A stretch of 63,826 bases of DNA, filler included, from Choristocarpus tenellus KU-1152 (lineage: Eukaryota > Protista > Phaeophyceae): NCBI GenBank assembly GCA_964200185.2. It is 13 parts of 13 records of this genome, joined end to end, with 100 filler letters (N's around TTAATTAATTAA, not from the genome) between each part and the next. Parts side by side here need not be neighbours in the genome. Positions count along the whole stretch, not along the records: positions 34,461 to 38,027 come from CAXNAD020019215.1; positions 38,128 to 43,603 come from CAXNAD020010659.1; positions 43,704 to 48,413 come from CAXNAD020013379.1; positions 48,514 to 57,745 come from CAXNAD020003856.1; 9 more parts are not named here. The stretch is one strand, 5' to 3'. This document shows, piece after piece, positions 37,133 to 50,100 of this stretch (positions are counted from its first letter, which is position 1; every line of letters begins with the position of its first letter). Under the pieces are notes generated by a model. That model worked only from the letters and a program-made list of their open reading frames with translations, ran no database searches and was not told where the DNA came from. A program made the position numbers and the translations under genes.

Positions 37133-39656
37133 GTGGGTGTGGAACAGGCACATGATATGGTAATGCTCTCGATATGTGCACATTTTCCACTTGAATGTGC
37201 ATACCGCTTTGTGTTATGTCTTCCAGGTAGAAGTGTGCCCTTAGCAAAAGTATGTGAAGTCTGGAGGTTTTGAAAGTTGAGGGAGAGATGACCTTCAACT
37301 GCGGAATCTTCACATAATGCATAGTGTGTTGTGTGAATGTGTCACAAGATGTACAATTTGCTTTGCTGCACAGTGGTAGTGGAATATGCTTTGTAGTGTC
37401 TGGCCAATGAGAAATATCTCTTCGAGTGTGTTCTGAGAAGTCGGTTCAGTTCTGAGTAGATGGCAAACTGATGAACTCTGGCTCGTCGTCTTCATCCATG
37501 AGCATGACTCTTTTCCACGGTAGTACTCAACAAGGTGTTTTTGTGGTTTGGGAGAGGGAGGGTAGGTATAGTGGGGGCTGATGACATCCTAGCACTTACC
37601 GACCAACAACGGTAAAGTGGTGAATGCCTTCTTCTTATAGCTCATCATTCCCTTGTCCTAGGACTCCTCGAACACACCGTCCACTGACTCTGGTCATTGG
37701 ACCATGGCTGGTACCCTGGCCACGAATGACAACAAGATACCAAGTAATGCATCGAAGTATTGATCGTAGCCGTATCTAAAAGCTGGGATAGAGAGGAAGG
37801 CTGAACCAGGAGGCTGGAATATTTATGGCTCTGTTTTTTGGTTCGGTCCACTTATTGGTGCCTCCAATCTGCATGCCCCTTGGTGTGATGCATTTCATGT
37901 CAAAGCCACGCTTCGACCAATTGTAAGATATCTTTCCCGCATCAGCTGTCTCTCCACACTCCAATTCGCCCTGCCAGCTCACCTGGTGCCCCTCTCAAAA
38001 CCCTCGACTCATACCCTCGACTCATACNNNNNNNNNNNNNNNNNNNNNNNNNNNNNNNNNNNNNNNNNNNNTTAATTAATTAANNNNNNNNNNNNNNNNN
38101 NNNNNNNNNNNNNNNNNNNNNNNNNNNGAGGTGATGTGATTGTAGGGGAGAACGAGTGGTGTTGTTTTGTTGTGTTTTTTTTGGGGGGGGGGTTGTTGTT
38201 GTGATCAGATCAGTAGGTGTAGTGTTGAGATTTCGAACAGTTTTTCCGCAAGCAATATGACACCTAGTCCGATATGTGACAAAAACGAGTAACTATGTTG
38301 TGTGAGAGAGGGAGTATCGAAGGAAAAGGGGTCATTTTATTTCCCCGAAGCCATAAATTATTCTTCAAAGTATATTTGTTGGGTAGTAGTATATTCTACT
38401 ACCCAACAAATTATTTGCCAAATATGTCATTCCATAAATGTAAAAAATGTTTTCGGGATAAGTTTTTGAGAGTATTGTCTGTGAATTATCAGTGGACGGT
38501 TTTGGAAGTGTGAATTTCATTATTTCACAAACCACCATCATCCCTTCTTCTTCTTCACAGGGTTGACTACCAATCCAGATTCCAGAAATTTCCTGACTTC
38601 TGTATAGCAAGAAATCAGGGGTGGACAGACGATCTTGTGGTGCTGTCGACTAAATTCAGTATTACCACTTTGAACCCAGAATAGAACCATCAATATTACT
38701 GTGTTAAAAACTAGATTGGAATTAATTTCTAAGTTATGAACTTTGAATTTGAACGTAATTATTTTTCCGAGCTGGAACAAAGTGGGCATTTTGTGTTGGT
38801 GATGGTTGGAGTTTCTTTCTGGTGAGGCGGTCTTTGTTGGTGGAGAGGAGAATGGGTAAAACTCTCAGCAATTGAATGCCAATATATGTGGTCCATCTAT
38901 TTTCGACGACTTAATAGAGAAGAATGTACTTTTCATATGCAACAGTTTTACGATTGTGTCCAAGTATATTACCGTCTTCTCCCAGCAAGTAGTCTGTGTT
39001 CGCAGTAATTGCTTAGTATTGCGCTCAAAGAGTAAAATGATGGCAACAACAATCACAACAATCATAACAATCTTCTGATTATCATCACTGTGGTGAAATC
39101 AACTGTTGGATGCATTGTAACTAAACGTGTAACCTACTGCAATGACAACAACCTCAACAACAACACAATTACGATTGAACCGAGATGTTGGAAGTAGAGG
39201 AGACTTTTAGAAGGAATGTAGTCAATCACATGGGTGAGGTGCCCACTTCTAGTTTTATTTTTGAACTTCAACAACACAATTTTGTAAGGAACCAAAACAT
39301 ACGTACTTGAATTGTACTACAATGTAGGGAATGATGAATGATCCAAAAATCAAAACAAAACGATTGCCTAGAGTAGGTGTTTCTTAAGTCGAGCAACTAT
39401 TGGTTAACTTGAAAATATCAAGTAGTTTCTCTGTTGTTTGAAACGTTTGGACAATTCAGAAAATATCCAATAATCATTTAATAAAGGACGAATTTTGCAC
39501 ATTTTGTCACCATCCTTGAAATGTAACTCTGAACATCTCTCTTTGTTTTGACTCTCATCACTGTCTGAAACGAGGACCCCTTTACACACCGCCTTCATCG
39601 ATGCCATAGACATTAATAAAATGCTTCCAATACTCTTTTCCACCCGAGCACCTTTT

Positions 39657-40333
39657 TGTTGAAACCTGAATTCAAATGGATCGTGTGCATTCTTGTGGTG
39701 TGACTAGCTTGTGGCGGAGAGGTATCATAGAGGAACAAAGCACCAGCGTATTTGTTCTGGTAGATCTGACGATATGCTTTTGCTCAATCAGATGATGGTT
39801 GATGTGAAAGTGTGGGTATTCATTAAGGTGCTCAAATGAAGAAATGCATGCTCTCTGAAGAGGCTTGTCACCTTCACAGACAAGGGTTTCTGAGGATGTT
39901 TTAACGCTGAGTATATTGCATCCAGGTGTGTATCAGGTACACCTAGCGCAGAGTGACGTTGATGTGTTATGAGGGGGCAATACAAGCCAAGAAAAATATG
40001 AATCAACACATGATGTACCTCTGATGACTTTTTACGTGAAGAAGAAGAAGAGAGGGAAAAAACAAACAAGAAACAAGAAGACAAACTTTAATCAAAGTAT
40101 CTGAGGAAACTGATGTGGCACATATTATGCCTGTATGTATGATAGGTAGCGACTGTTCTGATGCTTCCTATGTACTGTGATGCTTCAAAGATGTAATTGA
40201 TGGGGTCATGACGATGAGCTAATGAAGTAAGTGAGGATAGCAACCAGTACAATGTATAAATTCAACATTCAGTATGAACTGACGATACTGTATCGTATCA
40301 CGACAAACCAAATGAGTAGGTTATGTTTGAACA
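39657..40333. mobile_element. Solo LTR (677 bp), family D
   Basis: TGTTGAAAC ... GTTTGAACA termini with a perfect 5-bp TSD CTTTT; homologous copies at 40725 and 44799. Confidence 0.9.
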
Positions 40334-40724
40334 CTTTTCCAATGTATTGTTTTACTGGAAAATGAAAAATCTGTTGAAGTTGGAGATAGCTAAGACCCAA
40401 CCTAAGTTCTCAAACATGTCCAGCCAAGGCTGTGCAAGGGGCGAGTGATTACGTTTTGGAGAACGTATTTTTTTTCACAGTGGTTGACATACTCTACATG
40501 AATGTTGGCGAGTGATTAGATATATTAATAATGGAGAAGACCGTATTTCTAAACTCTGATCCCTTTTTCACGAGTGGCAACCTGTGGTGATGAAGACATC
40601 GTCCGTCACTGTGAAATTTCCACTCATTTGTGCTACAGGTGGCTGGTCATTGTATCACGCCTCTCTTCAATGAAATACGATATTCAGCCGCCACTCCCTT
40701 CAAGATACTTTGTCTCCTGATGAG

Positions 40725-41180
40725 TGTTGAAACCTGAGTCTGTATGTGTCGTGCTTGGTTGTAATGTGGCTACCTTGTGGTGAAGGGTATCATAGCGCAA
40801 CAAAGCATCGGTGAGTTTGTTCTGGTAGATCTGACAACATGTTTTGCTCAATCAGATGATGGTTGATGAAAGTGTGGTCATTCATTGAGAGGCTCAAATA
40901 AAGGAATGCATGCTCTGTGGAGAGGCTTGCCACCTTGGCTGTCAAGGGTTTCTGAGGATGTTTTAACTCTGATAATATTGCATCCTGGTGTGTATCAGGT
41001 ACACGTAGTGCAGAGTGAGGATGATGTATAACGAGGGGGCAAATGCCAGCCAAGAAAAATATTAATCAATGCATGATGTAGAACTGAAGACTTCTGATGT
41101 GGAGAAGAAAAAGAAAAGAACGTGGAAAGAAGAAACGAGGAGACAAACTTGAATCAATATCTGACGGAACTCATGTGACA
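40725..41180. mobile_element. Truncated family D LTR
   Basis: Starts TGTTGAAACCTGAG and is colinear with 39657-40125. A family A terminus lies just upstream (40685-40716). Confidence 0.8.
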
Positions 41181-42004
41181 ATTATTCCATCCCACCAATA
41201 TACCCGAACTGCTGTTCAAGCGGATAATCAAAATGCCTGGGCAAGTCAATATCCGGCTTACATGTTTGTCTGCGACCTAGGCCTGATGATATTCTACTTA
41301 TTTTCATGGGACGTTACCATCGGTGATTGTCCGTAAGTTTCGCTCCGCTGAAATCTGAATTATGTATCGTCAGTAGTACTTGCCACATGGACTATCAAAA
41401 GATCAATTAGAAGACTCTCTCACATATGCCTACGATCCAACCACACCTTTCTGTAGGATAATTTGACTCTAACCCCAATCCCAACCCCAATCCCAACCAC
41501 TGCCCTAACCCTACACCCCTTTCAAGAGAAAATAGAGAACATCCTAAAGATTTGACCAACGCATCCTACATGAATGCATTAATTTGCACGAGCTTCTGCA
41601 GGAACTGTTTCTGTGACAGGAAGGAGTTAGTGCACTTAGAGTGGGGTCATTTGGCCTCAGAAAGGTCAAGGGTATGCAGCAGACCCAATCAGGTAGTGCA
41701 GATGGCCTCAGTTGCCACACAACAAGGTTTACTACATTTTGAGCTTGGTTTTGACATTTTGGGGTTTCATCTGACTTCTCTGTGGAACAAACAGATAAAT
41801 GAATTTCCCCCTTCACGATACTGGTGTTGGTGTTTGTTGCAGTAACCAATAGGTAGCGGTGCTTGGTGAACTGAATGGCTGGATGTGCGTAGTAAAAATA
41901 AGGCAAAAACAGTAGTAATAACTGGAATATAAATTGTGGCAATTACAAGCAGGGCATCAAAACACCACACAACGATCAAGATTTCGAAAATCAGGAATTA
42001 AAAT

Positions 42005-42076
42005 GGCGGATAATGGGATTCGAACCCATGGCCTCGGCAACCCGAATGCCGAATCATACCTCTAGACCATACCCGC
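42005..42076 (-). tRNA. trnP-CGG: tRNA-Pro (anticodon CGG)
   Basis: GCGGGTA TG GTCTAGAGGTATGAT T CGGCA TTCGGGT TGCCG AGGCC ATGGG TTCGAAT CCCAT TATCCGC C: full cloverleaf, A and B boxes, C73 discriminator, followed by a TTTT Pol III terminator. Confidence 0.95.
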
Positions 42077-42507
42077 CTATACAAATATCTGTAAGCGTGA
42101 CTTTATAAATAATTAATGAACCGAGAATATTCAACCGCATTGTATACCTTTAAAGGCGAAACACAAACAAATCATACGACACATGACATACCTAAGTATG
42201 CCATGTCCATGCCGTCACACGTTGCCATAGCCATGCTGTCACATGTTAGACCACTTAAATGTCATCTCATCTTTATGCCATAACTTGATTTAATAAAGGG
42301 TTGTGAGAACATACAGGAACAAATTGAATTTCAAACCTCATGAGCGATGGAAGGGGATAACAATTTCGGTATCAAAGTTCATGAGTCGTGAACATTTACT
42401 AATATTTTGCGAATCCCGTCTTTTACAGCTGGTTGTTTAGCGCAACTCTATACATGTTGGTGAATCTTGTATAACTTTCCACTGTTGGTGATGAAGTCAT
42501 CCTCATA

Positions 42508-42765
42508 GAGTGAAAGTATCTTAGAGGGTACAAGTTTTGCCCTGTTTGTCCATTTGGGACTTGGCTTCCCACAGGTTTTTTATGACATTTTCCTACTCCG
42601 ATATGCTTCAGAGTAGGTAAAATTTATACGTTATGAAAATGTGTGTCCGGAACAAGGATCTTGACACTTCCTCAAGAACACAATAGTCAAAATTACATCA
42701 AAATCGGAACATTGGATTTTGATCCCCAAATGGACGCGGCTCTATCCTCTAAGATACTTTGGCTC
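42508..42765. mobile_element. MITE family B
   Basis: GAGTGAAAGTATCTTAGAGGGTA ... CCTCTAAGATACTTTGGCTC; 26/16 spacers; ATA duplicated. Confidence 0.95.
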
Positions 42766-43703
42766 ATACCCAAACGTACACCCCATTTTCTTGGGGAGTA
42801 TGGATTACATGCCAATCCAGATGAACAGGTGATTCGTACTTGTAAGTCATCAGCCGAGGGTCAATAAATATCCTGAGTAGTATACTTTTCATATTCGATT
42901 TTAACCAGAAGGGAATTCTGTTGGGCTATGCCCCATTTTCATCTCAATAACACCTTCGTATATATGATGAGTGCTAGGCAATGTTTGTACTTGAAACTGT
43001 ACAAGATATTTTTTTATATGCGAGGAATGGGTCGAAATCTCGTTACTCTACTCTTTTTCCTGACTGGTCGGCATAGAAAATTATTACACGCTACCCTATG
43101 TGATGATGCTTGGTTGACTACATATATATGTTATATTCGTCCTTGAGCCTAAAGCAATAATTCCAAATACTTTTTTGAAGACTGCATCAGAGGAGTAGAT
43201 ATATTTTCTTTTTCTTGTTGGTATTTTTGTATTTGTGTACTTTATCAAGTATTATTGGATTATCATATTATTATGACTATTGTTGTTACTACTACTATCA
43301 GTAGTACTATATTATTACTGTTTTTACTATTTCTATCCTTATTGTGGAAGTATCAAAGGTGCCAAGTTCTCTTCTCAAGGGGGCAATCACAATCACCAGA
43401 GTGAACTCTTCCAACTCAGAGGGTGAGACCGAGTTTCAAAGGTCTTGGCTCAACTTCTCAGAACAGATGAGGAAATCCAGAACAGCACAAAAACCTTAAC
43501 ACAACAGATGTTCCCGAATGACTGAGCAACGTCACAACAAAGGAATGTATCAGTCAGAATCGGAATGGTTCTTCGTTCTGACAGTCCATTTTGGCTGTTT
43601 GGTNNNNNNNNNNNNNNNNNNNNNNNNNNNNNNNNNNNNNNNNNNNNTTAATTAATTAANNNNNNNNNNNNNNNNNNNNNNNNNNNNNNNNNNNNNNNNN
43701 NNN

Positions 43704-43766
43704 ATACCAACATTGTATTTTGGCCCCCAAATGGACGCGGCCCTACCCTCTAAGATACTTTGTCTC
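43704..43766. mobile_element. Family B terminus at contig start
   Basis: CCAAATGGAC-16 bp-AGATACTTTGTCTC. Confidence 0.85.
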
Positions 43767-44019
43767 ATATAGTGATGTTGAAGAAACATTTTAGGAAATG
43801 TTTTCTATCAGCAATCTCGCTAATTGCGTGAAAGGTTGATTTTGGACACTGGGAACTATCCCCCCCTTATGGATAAGTCTCACTCTTCACTGTAACCTAA
43901 TAATATACATTCTACATCATCTTCTTCTTGTGAAGCACCATACTCTTTGGTAGCATACAAACACGATTTAAAACGAGCTATGTTCCGTATATTGTGTGAG
44001 CAATGCATGCTGGATATTT

Positions 44020-44275
44020 GAGTTAAATTATCTTAGAGGGCAGAGCAGCGTCTATTTGGGGGCCAAATCCAATGTTGCGATTTTGTTGTAATTTTCGCTA
44101 TCGTGTTGTTAGGGATTGTCAATATCCTTGTTCCAGACACATCTTTTCATAACGTACATATTTTAACGAGTCCGAAACATTTTGAAGTATGAAAATGTCC
44201 TATTAAACCTGTGGGAAGCCAAGCCCCAAACGGACAAACAGGGCAAAACTTGTGCCCTCTAAGATTCTTTCACTC
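44020..44275. mobile_element. MITE family B
   Basis: GAGTTAAATTATCTTAGAGGG ... CCCTCTAAGATTCTTTCACTC; 16/26 spacers; TTT flanks. Confidence 0.9.
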
Positions 44276-44798
44276 TTTTTCAATTTGCTGAGGACTTTTT
44301 TTGGACACAGGAAAATACATGTTTTTGAGTACGTAGTCTGGACAACTTTCACAATTGTTTAGTGACGTGTGTTCTGGAATTGGAGAAGACATTTCTGGGA
44401 ACGTGTTTTGGACATTTTTTACTTATTTTCTAACATTTTGCAGCGTTTCCCACATTCCGTTTTTGTAAATGGTGATATTTAACGCCAGTATTTCCAAACA
44501 CAATTTTCCAACTTTTTTAATACATGACTTTCGAACTAGTTTAGACACTTTGATGACAGTGCTATGCAACTGGGTGATAGGGGTGAGACGCATATTTTCT
44601 GCATGGCAACAGTCTAGACACTATTTGTTGAAAAATTACGTGTTGTGTAGCGATTGTTTATACTTTGGAGAAAACTCGGAAGAGGTTGAATGTGCTATCA
44701 CTATATTCAACAGTGAGCTCGTTTCCAGGACCCACACTCTTGCAGCCCTGAAGCCGTATCTCGTAATAGGGGAGTCAAAGTAAACGAGAGGTACCTCA

Positions 44799-45734
44799 TG
44801 TGTAAACCTGAGTTCGTATGCGTTGTGCATTGTGGCGTGTTGTGTCTAGTTTGTGACGAAGGGTATCATAGTGCAACACAGCACCGTAGAATTTGTTCTG
44901 GTAGGACTGATGACATTCTTTCCTCAATCAGACAACGGCTGATGATGTGATAGTGTATTTGTTGTTCTGTGGTTAGCACGTGTTTGGCGAATGTTGTCAG
45001 TCATATAGTCCAACAAAATACCTGTGAATTCGTTCCCGGTAGGTCTGACGATATGTTTTACTCAATCAGAAAATGGTTGATGTGAAAGTGTATTTGGTTG
45101 TGCTGTGGTTAGCACGTTTGGCGAATGTTGTCGGTCATAGTGCAACAAAGTACCTGTGAATTCGTTCTGGTAGTCTGATGACATGTTTTACTCAATCAGA
45201 CAATGGTTGATGTGAAATGTGTGGTCATTCACTGAGACGCTCAGATGAAGAAATGCATGCTCTGTGGAGAGGCTTCTCGTCTTGACTGAGAAGGGTTTCA
45301 AAGGATGTTTTTGACTCTGTTTATGTTGCACCACGGTGTTTGTTTGCCACACGTGTTGCAGAGGTGAGCATGATGGATTACGAGGGGGCAATGGCAGTCA
45401 AGAAAAATAAAAATCAACACATGACATATTACTGACAACTTCTTGTGTGAAGAAGAAGGAAGGGAAAAACAAAGAAGAAACAAGGAGACAAACTTGACCC
45501 AATCTTTGAGGGAACTGATGTGACACGTGGTATGCCTGTGTGTGCGATAGGAAGCACCTGTTCTTATGCTCCCTATGTACTGTAGGGTTATGAAGGTGAT
45601 TTATGGTGTTGTGATGAGGAGCTATGAGGTAAGAGAGAATAGTGACCATTACAATGGACAAATCAACATTCCGTATGGACTGACGATACTGTATCGTATC
45701 AAAACAAATCAATTGAGTAGGCTATGTTTTAACA
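44799..45734. mobile_element. Family D solo LTR with internal triplication, inserted in a family E MITE
   Basis: TG...AACA ends; segment ~44865-45210 repeated three times; E sequence (44772-44798) resumes at 45735. Confidence 0.8.
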
Positions 45735-45803
45735 ACCCACAGTTCCATTTCAAGGATAATGACAAATATGTTTCAAATTCGATTTTTTTACAAAAGTGTA
45801 TAG

Positions 45804-46020
45804 TGTGACAGACAGGTCCCACTGGGAGGTGATCTCATTCCAATCCACATCCTCGCACGCACACTTAAGTGCATTGCCTGCACATTTCTTTGTCATTGGT
45901 GACGTTCTCGTAAACATCAAACACAGAGAAGTCCTAAGATTTCCCAGACCGCTTGCCGTTGACAGTCACAAGGATGTGACGTGACCCATCGGATCCAAGA
46001 TTTCATTCAAAACTTATCCT
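45804..46020 (+). mobile_element. Partial Gypsy LTR (same family as 52089-52570)
   Basis: TGTGACAGACAGGTCCC... is the reverse-complement homologue of ~52350-52570. Confidence 0.75.
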
Positions 46021-46021
46021 A

Positions 46022-47121
46022 GAAACAGTTCACAAGTGCACGGTGGGTGTCGCCCCTGACACTATTCGCACATGTATGTACTACAATTGACGTGTTCTGT
46101 CAAACAGTAAAGTAATGTGTAGGATGGGTTTTGTGGTGTAAGGGATACTGAAAGTTTCATGGTCACGAAGTGTTCCACAGAGTACGGCAGTGTTGGATGA
46201 CACTCCACTTTGAAAGTGTGGAGAAGGGTGTGTGGCTCAAAGTACCTGGGGGTGGTGGTGGCTCTCCATTTGGAGCTATATTTTTCATGTCGCTATTTTT
46301 GGGTGATTTGGTTCCATACGTTCGATGGATAACGAGAGTGCACTTTTCCTGGTGTTGGTCCAAAGGGACACTTTGGTGAAGACCCCCCCCCCCACCAGAT
46401 ACTTTGGGTCTGTTTGATACATTGAGAACCGAAACCGCCCCGATTAGAATATCCTGAAAAGGTGTGCATCGCATATGTGGTAAATCGCAAGCCACATCTA
46501 AAAGATTACGAAAACGTACCATGAAGCACGTAGGACGAAGTGAATAGAGGTAGTTTGTCAAACTGTAGAGTGTGTGTTTTCATCTTAATTTTTTGGGGAA
46601 ACAGTTCGCAAGTGCATGGTGGGTGTCGCCCCTGACACTATTGGCGCATATATGTACTACAATTGACGTGTTCTGTCAAACAATAAAGTAATGTGTAGGA
46701 TGGGTTTATTGTGTAAGGGATACTGAAAGTTTCATGGTCACGAAGTGTTCCACAGTGTACAGCCGTGGAGAATGACACCCCACTTTGAAAGCATGGAGAA
46801 GGGTGTGTTTGATACATCAAGAACCGAAACCGCCCGATTAGAATATCCTGAAAAGGTGTGCATTGCGTATGTGGTCAATCGCGAGCCCCATCTAAAAGAT
46901 TACGAAAACATACCATGAAGCACGTAGGACGAAGTGAATGGGAGTAGTTTGTCGCACGGTAGAGTGTGTGTTTTCATCTGAGATTGTTTTGGGAAACAGT
47001 TCACAAGTGTATGGTGGGTGTCGCCCCCGACACTATTGGCGCATGTATATATTACAATTGACGTGTTCCGTCTAATGTTTAGGATGGGTTTTGTGGTGTA
47101 AGGGATACTGAACGTTTCATG
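46022..47121. repeat. ~395-bp tandem array (about 2.3 copies)
   Basis: Units start at 46022, 46598 and 46993; unit 1 is 181 bp longer than unit 2, of which 180 bp is a MITE insertion plus its TSD. Confidence 0.9.
46234..46410. mobile_element. MITE family A
   Basis: GGCTCAAAGTACCT ... AGATACTTTGGGTC; 16/27 spacers; 3-bp TSD TGT confirmed by the empty paralogous site at ~46796-46815. Confidence 0.95.
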
Positions 47122-50100
47122 TGATGTCGGTCAGCACATATGCCCACATGTGTATACGGTCGTATGCGCCCCTTTCTCTGTGTGGGATATGAGGTTCGAG
47201 ATTGAGTTTTGTGGTAAGTCAAGAGCGATGGTTTGGAGGCGTGCGGCTTCAAAGAGGTTAGTATGTGGACAGCCGCAACTTTTGCCATAGTTTGTCGTAC
47301 GGTAAAGTATGACGAAAAAGACTTGAGGTGTGTGGCCTGAAAAAAGTTAGTATATGGACCGCCGCAACTTTCGCCACACTTTGCCGTATGACAACAAGGT
47401 ATGGCAAAAATGACATGATTCTTGTGGCTTCAAATAAGTTGGTATTTGGACAGCTGCACTTTTTGCCATACTTTGTCGAACGGTAAAGTATGGCAAAAAT
47501 CACATGAGGTGAGCAGAATAAGGAAGTGCGAAACATGACTGGGCATAATTTCGTTATTGTGTAAGGTTGAGAGACGGTGGCAGGGTTAGGGCACAGGGTT
47601 AGGGTTTGGACAGGTGGGGTTGGGATCGGAAACAGAAACTGGAAGGAATATCGTTTGGTTCCGATACATATCGGAACCAAACATCGGAGAACACGAAGTT
47701 CATCGTTGGGTTTCGTTCTGCTCTTGATGGGGTAGAACGTGTGCGTCACCGGTTCCGAACTACGGTGGAACTGGTGAACACAACATCTCTCTGATTTCGT
47801 GCAATATGTGATTTTGGAAGGATATGGCGACCATATCCTTCCGTATTCCTAGTCTTCAAGCGCTGGTAATTACAGAACGCACAGGCTACATTAGAGTGTG
47901 TCTTTCTGCGATGGAGGCCTGGCCTTGCCTTTGGGATGTCCTGGGGTCTACCCCTCTGGAGTCCACGAGTTCATTGCCGTTGCTAGCAGGATCCCCTAGT
48001 GGCTGGCGGGTCGTCATCGTACATCTGTGGTGCGATGGGTGTGGTCCTCTCAAAGAACTGCCACAATGATTCCACAATATTGTCAAGGCCGTTGGTTTGT
48101 TGTCGACAGAGTGAGGGAGTGTGATGTTTGTCGCATATGTGGTTTGGCGAAAGCTTTTTTGTTATGCACTATAATAATATAATTCTACTAAACTGTAAAT
48201 GTATGAGGAAAAAAAAGCAAACTCAAAGTGTTTTGACCCTCTCGCACTATTGAAGAAATATATATAGGGAGTTACATAGATATATATATATGTGTGTGTC
48301 TGTCTGTACAGTGTACCTACCCCGATTTTATGCAAAATATTATGAACCAAATCGAAAAAATATGCAAATTTGTACCGATTTTTTCGACATGCTAAAAAAA
48401 TAGGCTTTTGTACNNNNNNNNNNNNNNNNNNNNNNNNNNNNNNNNNNNNNNNNNNNNTTAATTAATTAANNNNNNNNNNNNNNNNNNNNNNNNNNNNNNN
48501 NNNNNNNNNNNNNGTGACTGGCAATAGGGTTGAATTATATGGCGCGGGGAGGGGGGGGGGAACATGTGTTGAACCAAACTACCTCTTGAGTTGTGCAAAA
48601 TAGCATCCAAATCCTTCCATAAGTATTCTGCACAAATGTTTCATGACACACAGACAGACACCTGTCCTTTGTATGCCAACACAGTACTGTGGCACTCTGC
48701 AGCACTATATTGGAGTTCACTCTCTAGCACATGGTGATATGGTATGAATCCCCTCAACAACAATGGTTGGACTTCAACTGTAGAACTACGATCGATTGGG
48801 TCATATTCCAAGCATGTAAAATATTCCCCTGACATAGAGGACTTTGTCCTGCTCGAGGAATTCCCATGGAATATTATGGTTGGTAACTAATGATTAATTG
48901 GGAACCTCGATTCATGGATGGATGGATGGATGGATGAGAAATATGGATAAGAAATATATTGAAGTTTGACTGGATGTGTTTAGTTTTTGTGCTCTTATTC
49001 TAACTTTATGTGGGTAGGGTTTGGACACCATGATCACTGGGTAAGCCCTGAAGTTGAAGATATTGTGTGTTTCTTGGGTTCCAGCTGCCAATATGCCGAG
49101 CAACCTGCCGTCTTGGGTGAAGCAATACACCTTGCCAGTGAAGCAATGTACTGTACCACAACACAATAATTGATACCCCCCCTGCAATCAGAGTTTCGAG
49201 TTCAATTAACACCTATATATCAATGGTCGGATATTCTTGATATTTATCAAACAAGTGACTTGATACACATTTTATCCTATCTGTCATGGGTCAAAGAATC
49301 CTTCTGGAGAATTGGGAAATCTGTATTTGGTTGCTGAGTATGACAAATAGATATTGCATTGTATGTGTAGAGCTTCACAAGTGTGATGTATGTCTGCTAT
49401 CCATCAACTCAACAAAACCCAAAGAACAGGATCCAAAACAAGGAACCTCCTGAATACATTTCTGTGGTAATGTTAATTGGACTGCCAGTATTCTTTATCA
49501 ACCAAATCTACCTGTGTGTATTCAAAGGTCTGACCAAACCCGTACGTAGTGTTTTTTGTTTAGGCTACGTTAAGAATTACTTTACTTGGTACACCCCACC
49601 AATTCAAAAGACGGTCAAGCAAAAAAATCCCTTGGAATATAGCAATCAGATCCATCTTTAACTCCAGGTTTCTTCCACCGAATCTGTTTTGTCATGTAGT
49701 ACCATCGACTGCAGTGTTTGCCCTCCCTCCCCGCCTGGACTATGCCAAGAATCCTACTTCTTCCACCTCCTTCTGTTTCAGTCTGATGGACTCCATTGCG
49801 GCAGCGATCTTCATGAGATGTGTTTGCTGTGTGAGGAAGAGAGGTCGAGGGACAAAGCAATGCAGGTCTTATCATGATCAGAAAAGGATGCCGAGATGGT
49901 GGGGTCGATGGAGAGGGTGCAAGAAGAAGGGCCTGCAAAAGTAATGTCAACCATAAATTTACAACCACTAGTCTCTTTCAGATCGATTCAATTGATTGAG
50001 TGAGTTGAAAAGTTGAAGGGCCAAGAGTTGGACACATGGTACAGAACGAATATTGAATGGTTCATATACCGAGCTGAATCAATGGGGTTCATTTAACCTA

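Noticed and set aside
40090-40105. TCAAAGTATCTG inside the solo LTR as a MITE terminus
   Set aside because: No downstream GTCCATTTGG, and not conserved in the other two LTR copies.
48912-49190. GKVYCFTQDGRLLGIL as a gluconolactonase/beta-propeller exon
   Set aside because: Single weak motif with no compatible neighbouring exons found.
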